From Ignavibacteriota bacterium (GTDB lineage Bacteria > Bacteroidota > Ignavibacteria > UBA10030 > UBA6906), in the NCBI GenBank assembly GCA_963801355.1, contig CAWDEM010000008.1, forward strand, positions 2,961,579 to 3,025,578: a stretch of 64,000 bases of DNA, given 5' to 3'. The notes under the pieces are model-generated. The model was not told where the DNA came from, made no database searches, and saw nothing but the letters and a program-made list of their open reading frames with translations. A program made the translations under genes and the position numbers. Positions 18,654 to 28,246 of this stretch are shown here, in pieces; within the stretch, counting starts at the first letter, position 1; each line of letters opens with the position of its first letter.

Positions 18654-20005
18654 GGGACGGCCGTTCGTTGGAGGAGACTCCGGAGTTCGGTTTCCGCGTC
18701 GCGCAGCGCCCGGTCGACGTCGAGCGTCGCATATTCATGTTGTCGGTACACCCATTGTCCGTCAATCATCACAGAATGCACGTTGTCCGGCGAACAGGCA
18801 TGTACGATCGTCCCCGCCAATCCGTCGAGCGTATCGGGCACCGGCGCACTCCAGGGTTTCTGGAGGTCAAGGAGAACGATGTCGGCCCGCTTCCCCGCAA
18901 CGATGCTGCCGGTCTCCCGCTCGATCCCCAGCACGGCAGCCCCCCCGGCGGTCGCCATCTTCAGCACCGTGCGGGCAGGCATGGCCGTAGGCCCGTAACC
19001 CGGCTTCTGGATCAGTGCCGCAAGATGCATCTCCCTGAACATATCGAAGCGGTTGTTGCACGGTGCACCGTCGGCTCCCAGGGATACCGGAATCCCCATG
19101 GACATGTACCGGGGAATGTCTGCAATGCCCGAGCCGAGTTTCATGTTCGACGACGGACAGTGCAGAACACGCGCCTTGCGTTCCCGCATCGCGGTGATTT
19201 CGTCGTCGTTCAGCCAGATGCAGTGCGCAAGGCAGGTGTTGCTCTGCAAGATCCCCAGGTGATCGAAATAGGCGACGTTGTCCATCCCGCAGCGGGCGCG
19301 CACGGCGTCGAGCTCATGGCGGTTCTCGGAGGCGTGCGTGTGGAAGAGCATACCCGGGAAATTGGCGGTCATGGCGTGCGCATCACGCAACAGGGTATCG
19401 GTGCAGGAGAGAATGAACCGCGGGGCAACGGCATAGCGGATGCGGCCGCCGGCACTCCCGTGCCACTGCTCGGCCTGGCGCAATGTGGAACGCACCGCCT
19501 CGTCCGTCGCCTCCCTGAACGGCGGATGCATGGTGTTGAGATCCATCATTGCTTTCCCCACGAATGCGCGCATCCCGGTCTCCGTTATCGCGCGCACAAC
19601 CTCTTCTTCGTGGTGAATGCTCCCCATGTCCATAATCGTCGTCGTCCCGCCCCCGATCAGCTCCGCGATGCCGATCCGCGCCGAGGCGTACATCGATGAC
19701 GGCGAATGTGCCGCTTCCATGGGAAAGATTCTGGTCTGCAGCCAGTCCAGGAGCTCCATATCCTCCGCAAGGCCGCGGAAAAGTGCCTGGCAAAGGTGAA
19801 CGTGCGTCTGAACGAATCCGGGAAGAGCAATCAGGTCCCGCGCGTCGACAACCACATCCACCACCGGGCGCTGTGCGGCAAGCTCTCCCGCGTCGAGCAC
19901 TCTTGTGATGGTCTGTCCCTCGACAAGAATCGCGCCGCCCCGGAGCATGCGGTCATCGCCGTCCATCGTCAACACCGTGCGCGGAACGATGAGCGTCGTC
20001 GTCAA
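18650..20005 (-). CDS. Amidohydrolase, 5'-deoxyadenosine/methylthioadenosine deaminase-like
   Basis: PGFVQTHVHLCQ, HTHASE, LAHC, HCPSSNMKLGSG and GADGAPCNN motifs; TTG start overlaps the radA stop. Confidence 0.88.
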   Translation of the reverse strand: MTTTLIVPRTVLTMDGDDRMLRGGAILVEGQTITRVLDAGELAAQRPVVDVVVDARDLIALPGFVQTHVHLCQALFRGLAEDMELLDWLQTRIFPMEAAHSPSSMYASARIGIAELIGGGTTTIMDMGSIHHEEEVVRAITETGMRAFVGKAMMDLNTMHPPFREATDEAVRSTLRQAEQWHGSAGGRIRYAVAPRFILSCTDTLLRDAHAMTANFPGMLFHTHASENRHELDAVRARCGMDNVAYFDHLGILQSNTCLAHCIWLNDDEITAMRERKARVLHCPSSNMKLGSGIADIPRYMSMGIPVSLGADGAPCNNRFDMFREMHLAALIQKPGYGPTAMPARTVLKMATAGGAAVLGIERETGSIVAGKRADIVLLDLQKPWSAPVPDTLDGLAGTIVHACSPDNVHSVMIDGQWVYRQHEYATLDVDRALRDAETELRSLLQRTAVP

Positions 20006-21381
20006 CGTGCTCCTCCGTTCTGGTGCATCATCGCACGCATCGCCTCTTCGATGGTCTCGACCTCGGTGAGTATGATGTCTTTTCTATTGCGGGCCTGCTG
20101 CGCATTGTTGCGCGGAAGAATGAGCTGCTTGAACCCCAGTTTCTGTACTTCAGCAATTCGTTTTTCAATATGATGGATCGTCCGTATCTCCCCTCCGAGG
20201 CCGACCTCGCCTACCACCGCGGCATCCGCACGCACCGGAATATCGCGCACGCTGGAGGCAATCGCCATTGCCATACCCAGATCGGCGGCGGGCTCGTCGA
20301 TCCGCACGCCGCCTGCAACATTGACAAAGACGTCGTACTGTCCGAGTCGCAGCCCGGCCCGCTTTTCCAGCACCGCCAGCAGCATCTGCAGCCGGCGCCC
20401 GTCAAATCCCGTTGCCGTGCGCTGGGGCACGCCGTAGCTCGTGGACGCCACCAGTGCCTGCACTTCCACCAGCAACGGACGGGTTCCTTCCATGGCGGCT
20501 ACGACGGCCGATCCGGAGGCGTCAGCTTTCCGTTCGGCCAGGAATACCGCGGAGGGATTTGCGACTTCGCGGAGACCCCCGTCGTGCATTTCGAATATGC
20601 CGATCTCGTTCGTGGACCCGAACCTGTTTTTCGTCGCGCGGAGGATGCGGTAGGCGTAGTGGCGCTCCCCCTCGAACTGCAGCACTGCGTCCACCATATG
20701 CTCCACAACGCGCGGCCCCGCAATAATGCCTTCCTTGGTCACGTGCCCCACGAGAAACACCGGCACGCCCTTCACCTTCGCATAGCGCATGAACTGGGCG
20801 GTCACTTCGCGCACCTGACTTACCGTCCCCGGCGCACTCTCCAGCTGCGGATGCTGCATTGTCTGCATGGAATCAACAATGATCAAATCCACGGGGGTAC
20901 GATCCAGCACCTGCCCCACAACTTCAACGTCGGTCTCTGCGAGCAGCAGCACACGATCATGAGGCCTGGGCATGAGGCGGTCAGCTCGCAAACGAATCTG
21001 CGAGAGCGATTCTTCCCCGGTGATGTAGAGAACAGTCCGCCCCGTGAGGGAGGCCGCCATCTGCATCATTAATGTGGATTTTCCGATACCCGGATCCCCG
21101 CCAACCAGCACCACAGAACCGGGAACGATGCCCCCGCCCAGCACTCTGTCAAGCTCGGGAATTCCGGTCACCATCCGTACGCCGGCGGTGGTTTCCACTT
21201 CGGTGATCGGTACGGGATCGACCCTGACCTGCTTCCGGCGTTCCCGTTTGGCCGGACCCGCGGGTACGTGCACTTCTTCTACAAAGCTGTTCCATTCTCC
21301 GCAATTGGGGCAGCGCCCGACCCAACGGGGGGATTCGTACGCACAGGCCTGGCAGACAAAGATGGTTTGAGTTCGAGGCAT
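20002..21381 (-). CDS. radA: DNA repair protein RadA/Sms
   Basis: C4 zinc finger, GGDPGIGKST Walker A, KNRFG motif, Lon-like C-terminus; start placed at ATG 21381. Confidence 0.97.
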   Translation of the reverse strand: MPRTQTIFVCQACAYESPRWVGRCPNCGEWNSFVEEVHVPAGPAKRERRKQVRVDPVPITEVETTAGVRMVTGIPELDRVLGGGIVPGSVVLVGGDPGIGKSTLMMQMAASLTGRTVLYITGEESLSQIRLRADRLMPRPHDRVLLLAETDVEVVGQVLDRTPVDLIIVDSMQTMQHPQLESAPGTVSQVREVTAQFMRYAKVKGVPVFLVGHVTKEGIIAGPRVVEHMVDAVLQFEGERHYAYRILRATKNRFGSTNEIGIFEMHDGGLREVANPSAVFLAERKADASGSAVVAAMEGTRPLLVEVQALVASTSYGVPQRTATGFDGRRLQMLLAVLEKRAGLRLGQYDVFVNVAGGVRIDEPAADLGMAMAIASSVRDIPVRADAAVVGEVGLGGEIRTIHHIEKRIAEVQKLGFKQLILPRNNAQQARNRKDIILTEVETIEEAMRAMMHQNGGAR

Positions 21382-21456
21382 AGGAAGTTCATGTAATATA
21401 GCGAAATGGGCAAAGAATGAAAACGGGACTTCGAGAGAAGATTTGCGTATATTGGT

Positions 21457-23244
21457 ATGTCCAAACTGCAGGCGATCCGTCGCATGAAGTACTTCCGAAC
21501 CGGTAGTTTCCTCCTTGGCGCTTACCTGACAGCCCAGCAGGCGTTGTCGTTGCCTCAGCTTTCCCCTCTTCCACCCAAGAGCGAGGTTCGCGCGGTCTGG
21601 GTTACCACAGCTGCGGGTCTCGACTGGCCGCAGGTCGCCGGCAAAGAGAGGCAACAGGAATCCCTTCGACGCCTGGTGCGCGATCTGTACGAAGCGAAAT
21701 TCAACACCATCCTCTTTCAGGTGCGGCCGCGGGGCGATGCCCTGTACCAGTCCAGCTATGAACCCTGGGCGGAGATCCTGAGCGGAACACTCGGCAAAGA
21801 TCCCGGCTGGGACCCCACCGCATTTGTCATCTCCGAGGCGCATGCTCTGGGCATGGAGGTGCATGGCTGGTTCAACGTTTTCAAGGTCCGCGGACCGAAC
21901 CCGGTGGGTCCATCTACACCGGAACATCCCTCCCGTACATTCGCAAACTGGTGTGTGGAACGGGACGGGGAGCTCTGGCTCGATCCAGGCCGCCCGGAAA
22001 TCCGCACACACTTGCTCAACGTCGCACTCGAACTGGTCCGGAACTATGATCTGGACGGCATCAACTTTGATTTCATCCGCTATCCGGGCAGGGAATTCCC
22101 TGACGGGGACAGCTATGCACGCTACGGCAACGGGATGAATCGCAACGACTGGCGCCGGAGCAATGTTACCGCCTTCGTGCGCTCATTCGCCGCCGGGGTT
22201 GCCGCAATCAAGCCCATGATGAAGGTCGGATCCTCGCCCTACGGCATCTACCGCGATGAATCCGGCAACTCCCAGAGGGGCAGCTACCATTGGGTTCTTC
22301 AGGATTCCTACGCATGGCTGGAAAACAAGTGGCAGGACTATCTCTCACCCCAGGTCTACTGGCAGATCGGACGCGGGAACGGTGAACCGGATTTTGTTCA
22401 GGCACTCCGCCGCTGGCAGGTACAGAACGCGGGCCGGCATATCTACGTAGGCATCGCTGCCTATCGACCGGAGATCGGGCCTCGATTGGGGACCTACATC
22501 GATTCCTGCCGGGCAGCCGGTAATGCCGGTCAGGTGTTCTTCCGATGGGAAGACATTGCCGACTCAAGGGTGCTTGCAGGGCGCTATGCGACCCGTGCCC
22601 TCATCCCCCCCATGCCCTGGAAAGACCGGATCCCGCCACTCGCGCCGCAGCGCGTGAACGTTGATTCCACGGGACCCCGGACCTGGACCATTCACTGGGA
22701 TCCGCCGCCGCGAGCCAGTGACGGCGATACTGCACAGACGTACGTGGTGTACAGGTGGAGTTCCCGCACCATTCCCTTCGACAGCCCCTACTCGATCGCA
22801 GCCGTGTTGCCGGCCACCCAGCGTGCATTCGTCGATTCACAGGAAACCACTGACGAATATTTCTACGCCGTTTCCTCCTGCGACCGGATGCACAACGAAA
22901 GCGAACCGTCGCCCGTAATTTCTTCACGCCCCACTCTTGCGCAACAGCTCCCACCCTGGCGGCCGCCAACAAACATCTCTCTCAGTGTCTCTCTCGCCAA
23001 TACCACCGGCCGTCCGCTGGCGGCACTCTACACCATCGCCCGGCGCACACGCGTTGCCCTGGACGTGTTTTTCAAACACGCCGACACAGCGGACTCGCTC
23101 CATACGAAGCTCATCCGCGCAGTACAGGAAGAGGGGAAGTACAAGGTGAGTCTGCAGGGCGTGAAGTTCACGCCCGGTACTTATGTCATGCGGCTGACGA
23201 CAACCGAGGCGACGATCGAACAGTCGTGTAGTACGGTAGGTTAG
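21457..23244 (+). CDS. GHL10 family glycoside hydrolase (YddW/DigH-like) with FN3 and C-terminal beta domain
   Basis: EVRAVW, FQVRPRGDALY, MEVHGWFN, YDLDGINFD and DYLSPQVYW motifs; start may be ATG 21484. Confidence 0.88.
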   Translation: MSKLQAIRRMKYFRTGSFLLGAYLTAQQALSLPQLSPLPPKSEVRAVWVTTAAGLDWPQVAGKERQQESLRRLVRDLYEAKFNTILFQVRPRGDALYQSSYEPWAEILSGTLGKDPGWDPTAFVISEAHALGMEVHGWFNVFKVRGPNPVGPSTPEHPSRTFANWCVERDGELWLDPGRPEIRTHLLNVALELVRNYDLDGINFDFIRYPGREFPDGDSYARYGNGMNRNDWRRSNVTAFVRSFAAGVAAIKPMMKVGSSPYGIYRDESGNSQRGSYHWVLQDSYAWLENKWQDYLSPQVYWQIGRGNGEPDFVQALRRWQVQNAGRHIYVGIAAYRPEIGPRLGTYIDSCRAAGNAGQVFFRWEDIADSRVLAGRYATRALIPPMPWKDRIPPLAPQRVNVDSTGPRTWTIHWDPPPRASDGDTAQTYVVYRWSSRTIPFDSPYSIAAVLPATQRAFVDSQETTDEYFYAVSSCDRMHNESEPSPVISSRPTLAQQLPPWRPPTNISLSVSLANTTGRPLAALYTIARRTRVALDVFFKHADTADSLHTKLIRAVQEEGKYKVSLQGVKFTPGTYVMRLTTTEATIEQSCSTVG

Positions 23245-23251
23245 AAAGCAC

Positions 23252-23371
23252 AGGCACTGGGCATTAGGCACTGGGCACGAGTAGCCTCCCCAATTGCCTC
23301 GTGCCTAACGCCTATTGCCTCATGCCTCACTCCTCCTGCCTGGCGCCTATTGCCTCATGCCTCATGCCTTC
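23252..23371. repeat. Inverted heptamer array (4 x AGGCA.. then 11 x TGCCTCA-like)
   Basis: Strict 7-bp period: left arm 23252-23279, right arm 23295-23371; lies between convergent genes. Confidence 0.9.
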
Positions 23372-24652
23372 CTACTTCACCCCCATCGCTCTGATCAACC
23401 CCAGGCTCAAATCCGGCACGTAGGTGATGATCAACAGGGCGATGACCAGCACCACCATAAAGGGAAGGACGGACCGGGCCACCGTGAACACCGGCTTGCC
23501 GAATCTCAGGCTTGAAATGAACAGGTTGAGTCCGACCGGGGGGGTCAGATAGCCGATCTCCAGGTTCGTCAGGAAGATGATACCGAGGTGGACGGGATGG
23601 ATGCCGTACGCAGCAGCGATGGGGATGATCAGCGGCACCACGACGATGATGGCGGAAAAGATGTCCATCATCATTCCCACAACAATGAGAAATATATTCA
23701 GGATCACCAGAAACACCGCAGGGCTGCTGATGAACGTCTTGGTGAGTTCAAACAACCGCATCGGCACTTCGTCGTCGACGAGAAAATTCGTCAACCCCAT
23801 CGCTGTGCCGATGATCATGAGAATCGCACCCACCAGCAGCATGCTCTCCCGCATGACCCGCGGCACATCACTAAAGAGTTTGATGTCGCGATAGACAAAC
23901 ACCTCCACGATAAGCACGTAGAACGCCGTGATTGCCGCCGCCTCGGTGGCCGTAAAGAGGCCCGCGTAGATTCCGCCGATAACCAATACCGGCAGCGGCA
24001 GCTCCCAGATGGCATTGCGCATGGCTGTCAGCGCCGCCTTCACGGAAAATTCCGTGCGCGGCACCTGCATCCGCACGCCGTGCCGGATACCGTACAACGC
24101 AAGCGTAATCACCAGCAGGAATCCCGGAAGAAGTCCGGCCATGAACAACTGATCAATGCTGACCTTTCCGACAACGGCATACAGGATCAACGGAAGGCTG
24201 GGCGGAAAGAGCAGGCCCAGGCTTCCTGAGGTCGTCACGAGCCCCAGGGAAAATCGCTCGCCATAGTGCTCCGAGAGGAGGATCGGATAGAGCAACCCAC
24301 CCAGGGCGACAATGGTGACTCCGGATGCGCCCGTGAACGCCGTGAACAACGCGCAGGTTAGCAGCACCACAATCCCCATTCCGCCCGGGATCCATCCGAA
24401 AAAAGCGCGCGCAAGGTTCACAATTCTGGTAGGGGCGTTGCTCTCCGCCAGCATGTATCCGGCGAACGTGAAGAGCGGAATTGCCACGAGCGTGGGGTTG
24501 CTGCTGATGCGGTAGAGTTCGACGATGACGGCGGAGGTATCGATGCCCTCGCCTGCAAAACTCATCATGGCGATGGCACCGATGATGGCGAACAACGGCG
24601 CACCAAGAAGCGCGACGACAACGAGGGCTATCCCGATAAGGAGCGTTTCCAT
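23372..24652 (-). CDS. dctM: TRAP transporter large permease
   Basis: AIPLFTFAG, GLLFPPS, FTATEAA and TPPVGLNLF motifs. Confidence 0.95.
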   Translation of the reverse strand: METLLIGIALVVVALLGAPLFAIIGAIAMMSFAGEGIDTSAVIVELYRISSNPTLVAIPLFTFAGYMLAESNAPTRIVNLARAFFGWIPGGMGIVVLLTCALFTAFTGASGVTIVALGGLLYPILLSEHYGERFSLGLVTTSGSLGLLFPPSLPLILYAVVGKVSIDQLFMAGLLPGFLLVITLALYGIRHGVRMQVPRTEFSVKAALTAMRNAIWELPLPVLVIGGIYAGLFTATEAAAITAFYVLIVEVFVYRDIKLFSDVPRVMRESMLLVGAILMIIGTAMGLTNFLVDDEVPMRLFELTKTFISSPAVFLVILNIFLIVVGMMMDIFSAIIVVVPLIIPIAAAYGIHPVHLGIIFLTNLEIGYLTPPVGLNLFISSLRFGKPVFTVARSVLPFMVVLVIALLIITYVPDLSLGLIRAMGVK

Positions 24653-24655
24653 TAT

Positions 24656-25159
24656 CTATTTCGCTCCTTCCGGTTGCGGATGTACGATCCCGGCACCGTG
24701 TTCGACGGCTTTGAGGGCGAAATGCAGCGCGAGCAATGCGTACCCCACCGGGATGATGACCATCCCGACATAACCGGGCAGACCGAAGAGGAATTCCCCG
24801 CCGCCTTCCGCCTCCGCGGTCACGAACGTGAGGCCTGCCTGTGCCAGGTAGTAACAGACAATGCAGCCGAAAAGATTGGTCACCACTCCGGCAATGTGTT
24901 TCCACCGTTGCGGAAGATATTTCGTGATTGCGTCAATGCTGATGTGCCGCCCTTCGAACGCGGCGATGGATCCGCCGAAAAAACCCGCCCACAGCAGGAG
25001 ATGGCGCACGAGGGTGTCTGCCCAGATCAACCCGGTGCCGAAGAAATTCCGCAGCACAACCTGGAGGAACGCGAGGACAACCATGCTGCCGAGGAAGACG
25101 ACGAGGACGACGGTCTCCGACCGCGCCAGCAGACGGTCAAATGCCTTGAGGAACTTCAC
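24656..25159 (-). CDS. dctQ: TRAP transporter small permease
   Basis: QVVLRN, WAD.L.R and HISID motifs; 4 TM segments. Confidence 0.92.
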   Translation of the reverse strand: MKFLKAFDRLLARSETVVLVVFLGSMVVLAFLQVVLRNFFGTGLIWADTLVRHLLLWAGFFGGSIAAFEGRHISIDAITKYLPQRWKHIAGVVTNLFGCIVCYYLAQAGLTFVTAEAEGGGEFLFGLPGYVGMVIIPVGYALLALHFALKAVEHGAGIVHPQPEGAK

Positions 25160-26187
25160 TTCGTGTCGCCCTTGTGCGTTGCGCGGAAATCATCCACCGC
25201 TTTCTCGACGCGGTTCACAAATTCCTGGTCAAACAGTCTGCCCACGAGCGATTCACGCGCTTTTTTCCCCGTGGCGTAGAATCCATCCAGGATTTTGGGG
25301 TCGGTGATGTCGATGATCTGCACGCCGTTGCGCTTCATTGTCTGGATGGCTGCGGCATTCTCCTCCCGACTCTTTTGCGTGAGGAGAGTCATGTACTTTT
25401 TGCCGTTCCGGAGGAGAATTTCCTGAAGGTCGGCCGGCAGCGTGTCGAATTTCTTCTTGGAGACAACCACCGCACCCGAGGCATCCGCAAGCGGCACGTT
25501 CGTCATGTATTTCACGCGGGTGTTCCACTGGAGCGCGACCGCGGCGAGTGGAGACGTATATGCGCCGTTGATGAGCCCGGTCTGCAGTGATGTGAATACA
25601 TCCGTCACCGACAGCGGGATCGATGAGATGCCCAGCGCCTTGAACGCCGCATCGGCTATCGCGTCGCCTTCCCATGACCACATTTTCACGCCATGCATAT
25701 CCTTCGCGCTGCGCACCGGTGTGTTGGTCAGCACATACACGAACCCGACCTCCGCCCAGCCCAGCAGGACGAAGTCGTTCTTCTTGAATTCCTGATCCAG
25801 TTCCTGCCCGAACAGCTGCGTGAAGTGATCCACTTCCGCATAGTTCCGGAACAGGAAGGGCGCATCCAGAATCCGCAGCTTGTTGGAGATTTCGCCCACA
25901 CCCACACCGGTGATGCCGGCGCTGTGCAGCTGGCCGAGACGGATCTTCCGCATCACGTCCTTGTCCTCGCCCTGCACGCCGCCCGCGTAGATTTTGAAGC
26001 CGAGCCGCCCGCCGCTCTCTTTGCGGATGGCGGCATCATACTCCCTCATGATGTTCATCCAGGTCGATCCGTCGGTGGCAATCGAGGCAAACTTGATGAT
26101 GTACTGCTGTGCATGCGCGGGGCGCTCCACCGGGCCGGCGACGACGCATAGTGCAAGAATGAGGGTACTCAAGATGAATGCCTTCAC
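25156..26187 (-). CDS. dctP: TRAP substrate-binding protein (DctP/TatP-type)
   Basis: KFASIA.DGS.W, GGVQGE and TSLQTG motifs; signal peptide; AAAGGA RBS before GTG 26187. Confidence 0.92.
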   Translation of the reverse strand: MKAFILSTLILALCVVAGPVERPAHAQQYIIKFASIATDGSTWMNIMREYDAAIRKESGGRLGFKIYAGGVQGEDKDVMRKIRLGQLHSAGITGVGVGEISNKLRILDAPFLFRNYAEVDHFTQLFGQELDQEFKKNDFVLLGWAEVGFVYVLTNTPVRSAKDMHGVKMWSWEGDAIADAAFKALGISSIPLSVTDVFTSLQTGLINGAYTSPLAAVALQWNTRVKYMTNVPLADASGAVVVSKKKFDTLPADLQEILLRNGKKYMTLLTQKSREENAAAIQTMKRNGVQIIDITDPKILDGFYATGKKARESLVGRLFDQEFVNRVEKAVDDFRATHKGDTK

Positions 26188-26203
26188 GGGCTGTTCCTTT
26201 CGC

Positions 26204-27082
26204 TCAAAACAATTCAGACTGGTTGGAGAGCAGGCGCCGGGCCTTTTGTTTGGCAATGGCGTTGGCAAGGCGGAATTCGGGCAGAATATCCAGGGATGCG
26301 CTCTCGACTTTCGTCAGGAGTTCATTGAAAAGCTGCTCGTTTTGCGTCTGGACCGCGTACGAGCGGGCATAGTAGACATACGTCATGAGGAATTTCCCGC
26401 CGTTCAGCCGCAGGGCGGTCTCGAAGTGCGCTTTTGCACGCTCGGGATTTCCCCCGAGCATCCTGGGCCGGCTGCCGAAGAGCGTGCCCAGAAAGACATG
26501 GGCGCCGCCAAAATAGTAGGTCGAGTCATGTTTCGCCACAAACTCCATCAGCGCCTCGGCCCGGGGCAGATCGCCGATGGCATCCATATTATCCAGACTC
26601 AGGTAAATGTAGCTTCCCCATCCGAAGGCGGTCCAGAACGCCGCCGGCACGAGATCCTTGTCCCGTGTTGCCAGCGCAGCCCTGAGATCATCGATTGTGC
26701 CGTCAAGGGCGCGGGCCATTCCGGCGTCCTGCCGGAGCATCCGGAGACCGAAATCACGGCCGCGCTTGTAGAAATCACGCGCGCGGTCCTGCAGGCTGTC
26801 TTCCAGATAGCCGAGCGCATAGCTGCTGTACCCCTGGCTGACGAGCGTCAGAAGACGTTCGTTGTCCGGATTGTTCTTCAACATCACTTCGAGCAGCTTG
26901 ATGTTGCCGGGCAGCGCCTCTTCCGCAAAGCTCAGATCGCCTTCTTCCGTGATTGCGGAAAACCCGTCGCTGGCAATATTGCCGACCGTGGTCACTGCGA
27001 TGGTCTGCACACAACCGGTGAATGCAATCACCGGCAGGAGAAGGGCTAGTGTAAAGCGCATGGCCGTAGATTTCCCTTGCAT
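26204..27082 (-). CDS. tatT: TRAP-associated TPR lipoprotein TatT
   Basis: Lipobox AFTGC; RARDFY.RG, LGG..ERAK.HFE.A and NAIAKQKA motifs; lies directly upstream of dctPQM; alternative start 27061. Confidence 0.88.
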   Translation of the reverse strand: MQGKSTAMRFTLALLLPVIAFTGCVQTIAVTTVGNIASDGFSAITEEGDLSFAEEALPGNIKLLEVMLKNNPDNERLLTLVSQGYSSYALGYLEDSLQDRARDFYKRGRDFGLRMLRQDAGMARALDGTIDDLRAALATRDKDLVPAAFWTAFGWGSYIYLSLDNMDAIGDLPRAEALMEFVAKHDSTYYFGGAHVFLGTLFGSRPRMLGGNPERAKAHFETALRLNGGKFLMTYVYYARSYAVQTQNEQLFNELLTKVESASLDILPEFRLANAIAKQKARRLLSNQSELF

Positions 27083-27303
27083 ATCGTTAAAATATAGAAA
27101 AATGCGAATCGTATTGCAAGGAAGGGTTGGTGTCGAGGCGACATGCCGGATTGCCTTTTTATTTCAGATCCCATACACCGCGAGTGACCTGTTTGATCCT
27201 CGCAGCTGTCTTTTTGGCTTCTTGACCGAGGATAGCAACTATTTAGTCTGGTACTCCATAACCGGTTGTCAGATAACACCGCATACGATTCCTTAGATTT
27301 CTG

Positions 27304-27332
27304 TTGTTCCCAACTTGGGAATACCATATATT
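27304..27332 (+). promoter_or_regulatory. higBA promoter TTGTTC-17-TATATT with palindromic operator TTCCCAA-C-TTGGGAA
   Basis: Perfect 7-bp inverted repeat at 27307-27321 overlapping the -35 and spacer; -10 at 27327-27332; ATG 6 nt later. Confidence 0.7.
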
Positions 27333-27338
27333 ATGGGT

Positions 27339-27632
27339 ATGAGAATCTTGGCAAGAGGAACGCTCAAAGATTTCTGGCTGAACAATAGCGATTCGGAGCA
27401 ACCGCTAAAAGCGTGGTTCCAAGAGGCCAAGCGGGCCAAATGGAACAACCCTAATGAAATCAAGGCCGAATATGGAACTGCGAGCATCCTAAAAATTAAC
27501 AGGGTTGTTTTCAATATTAGGGACAATAAGTATCGACTCGTTGTAAGGATAAATTACAAATATGGCCGTGTGCTCATAAGATTCATTGGGACACACAAAG
27601 AATATGACAAGATAAACGCAGAGGAAATATGA
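27339..27632 (+). CDS. higB: Type II toxin HigB (RelE-fold mRNA interferase)
   Basis: MRIL...L..FW, W..PNEIK, RVVFNI..NKYRL and FIGTH.EYD motifs. Confidence 0.93.
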   Translation: MRILARGTLKDFWLNNSDSEQPLKAWFQEAKRAKWNNPNEIKAEYGTASILKINRVVFNIRDNKYRLVVRINYKYGRVLIRFIGTHKEYDKINAEEI

Positions 27633-27997
27633 ATAAGTATCTCAAATATCTCAAACCAATCCGGACAAGGAGCGAATATAGAGCGGCTCTTTTGCTTGTG
27701 GACCAACTATTCGATGAGAAACCTGACACTATGAAGGGCCGCATTGCTGAAATCTTGACGTTGTTCATTGAAAGGTATGAAGAAGAACAATTCCCAATGG
27801 AGGCACCAACCCCAATTGAGGCAATCAAGTTCAGAATGGAACAGATGGGATGGACAAGAAAGGATCTAGCGGTTGTTCTCGGTGGAAGAAACCGCGTATC
27901 AGAAATACTAAGTAAAAAACGCGGACTCTCGTTACAGATGATTAGAATGTTAAACAAGCAAATGGGGGTTCCTGCTGAATCTCTACTTGGCACCTAG
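27629..27997 (+). CDS. higA: Antitoxin HigA (HTH)
   Basis: PIRT..EY, IE.YE, PIEAIKFRMEQ and VSEIL..KR.LSL.MIR motifs; ATGA overlap with the toxin. Confidence 0.93.
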   Translation: MNKYLKYLKPIRTRSEYRAALLLVDQLFDEKPDTMKGRIAEILTLFIERYEEEQFPMEAPTPIEAIKFRMEQMGWTRKDLAVVLGGRNRVSEILSKKRGLSLQMIRMLNKQMGVPAESLLGT

Positions 27998-28022
27998 TCT
28001 GTCAATGCCTTCAATACAGAGG

Positions 28023-28049
28023 AGCCGGAGCTAATCACTCCGGCTTTTT
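28023..28049 (+). terminator. Rho-independent terminator after higBA
   Basis: AGCCGGAG-ctaatca-CTCCGGCT followed by TTTT. Confidence 0.85.
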
Positions 28050-28246
28050 CTATTAGACAAAGCCACAAGAAGTCCAGGTTATGTTAAGGATTGAAACAGA
28101 CACTATTTCCCATCTGAAGGAGTGTGACGAAATGGAAGCCTACAATGATGCCGTCGAGCATCTCAAGGAGGCAGCACAAGATATCCGACTCAAGGTTGCA
28201 GATGATTTCGGGTAGTAATTTCAAGAAATACTCTTTACATTCCCCC

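Noticed and set aside
21382-22011. 210-aa N-terminal extension of RadA in the ORF track
   Set aside because: It is the antisense shadow of the GHL10 gene; RadA begins at the zinc finger (ATG 21381)
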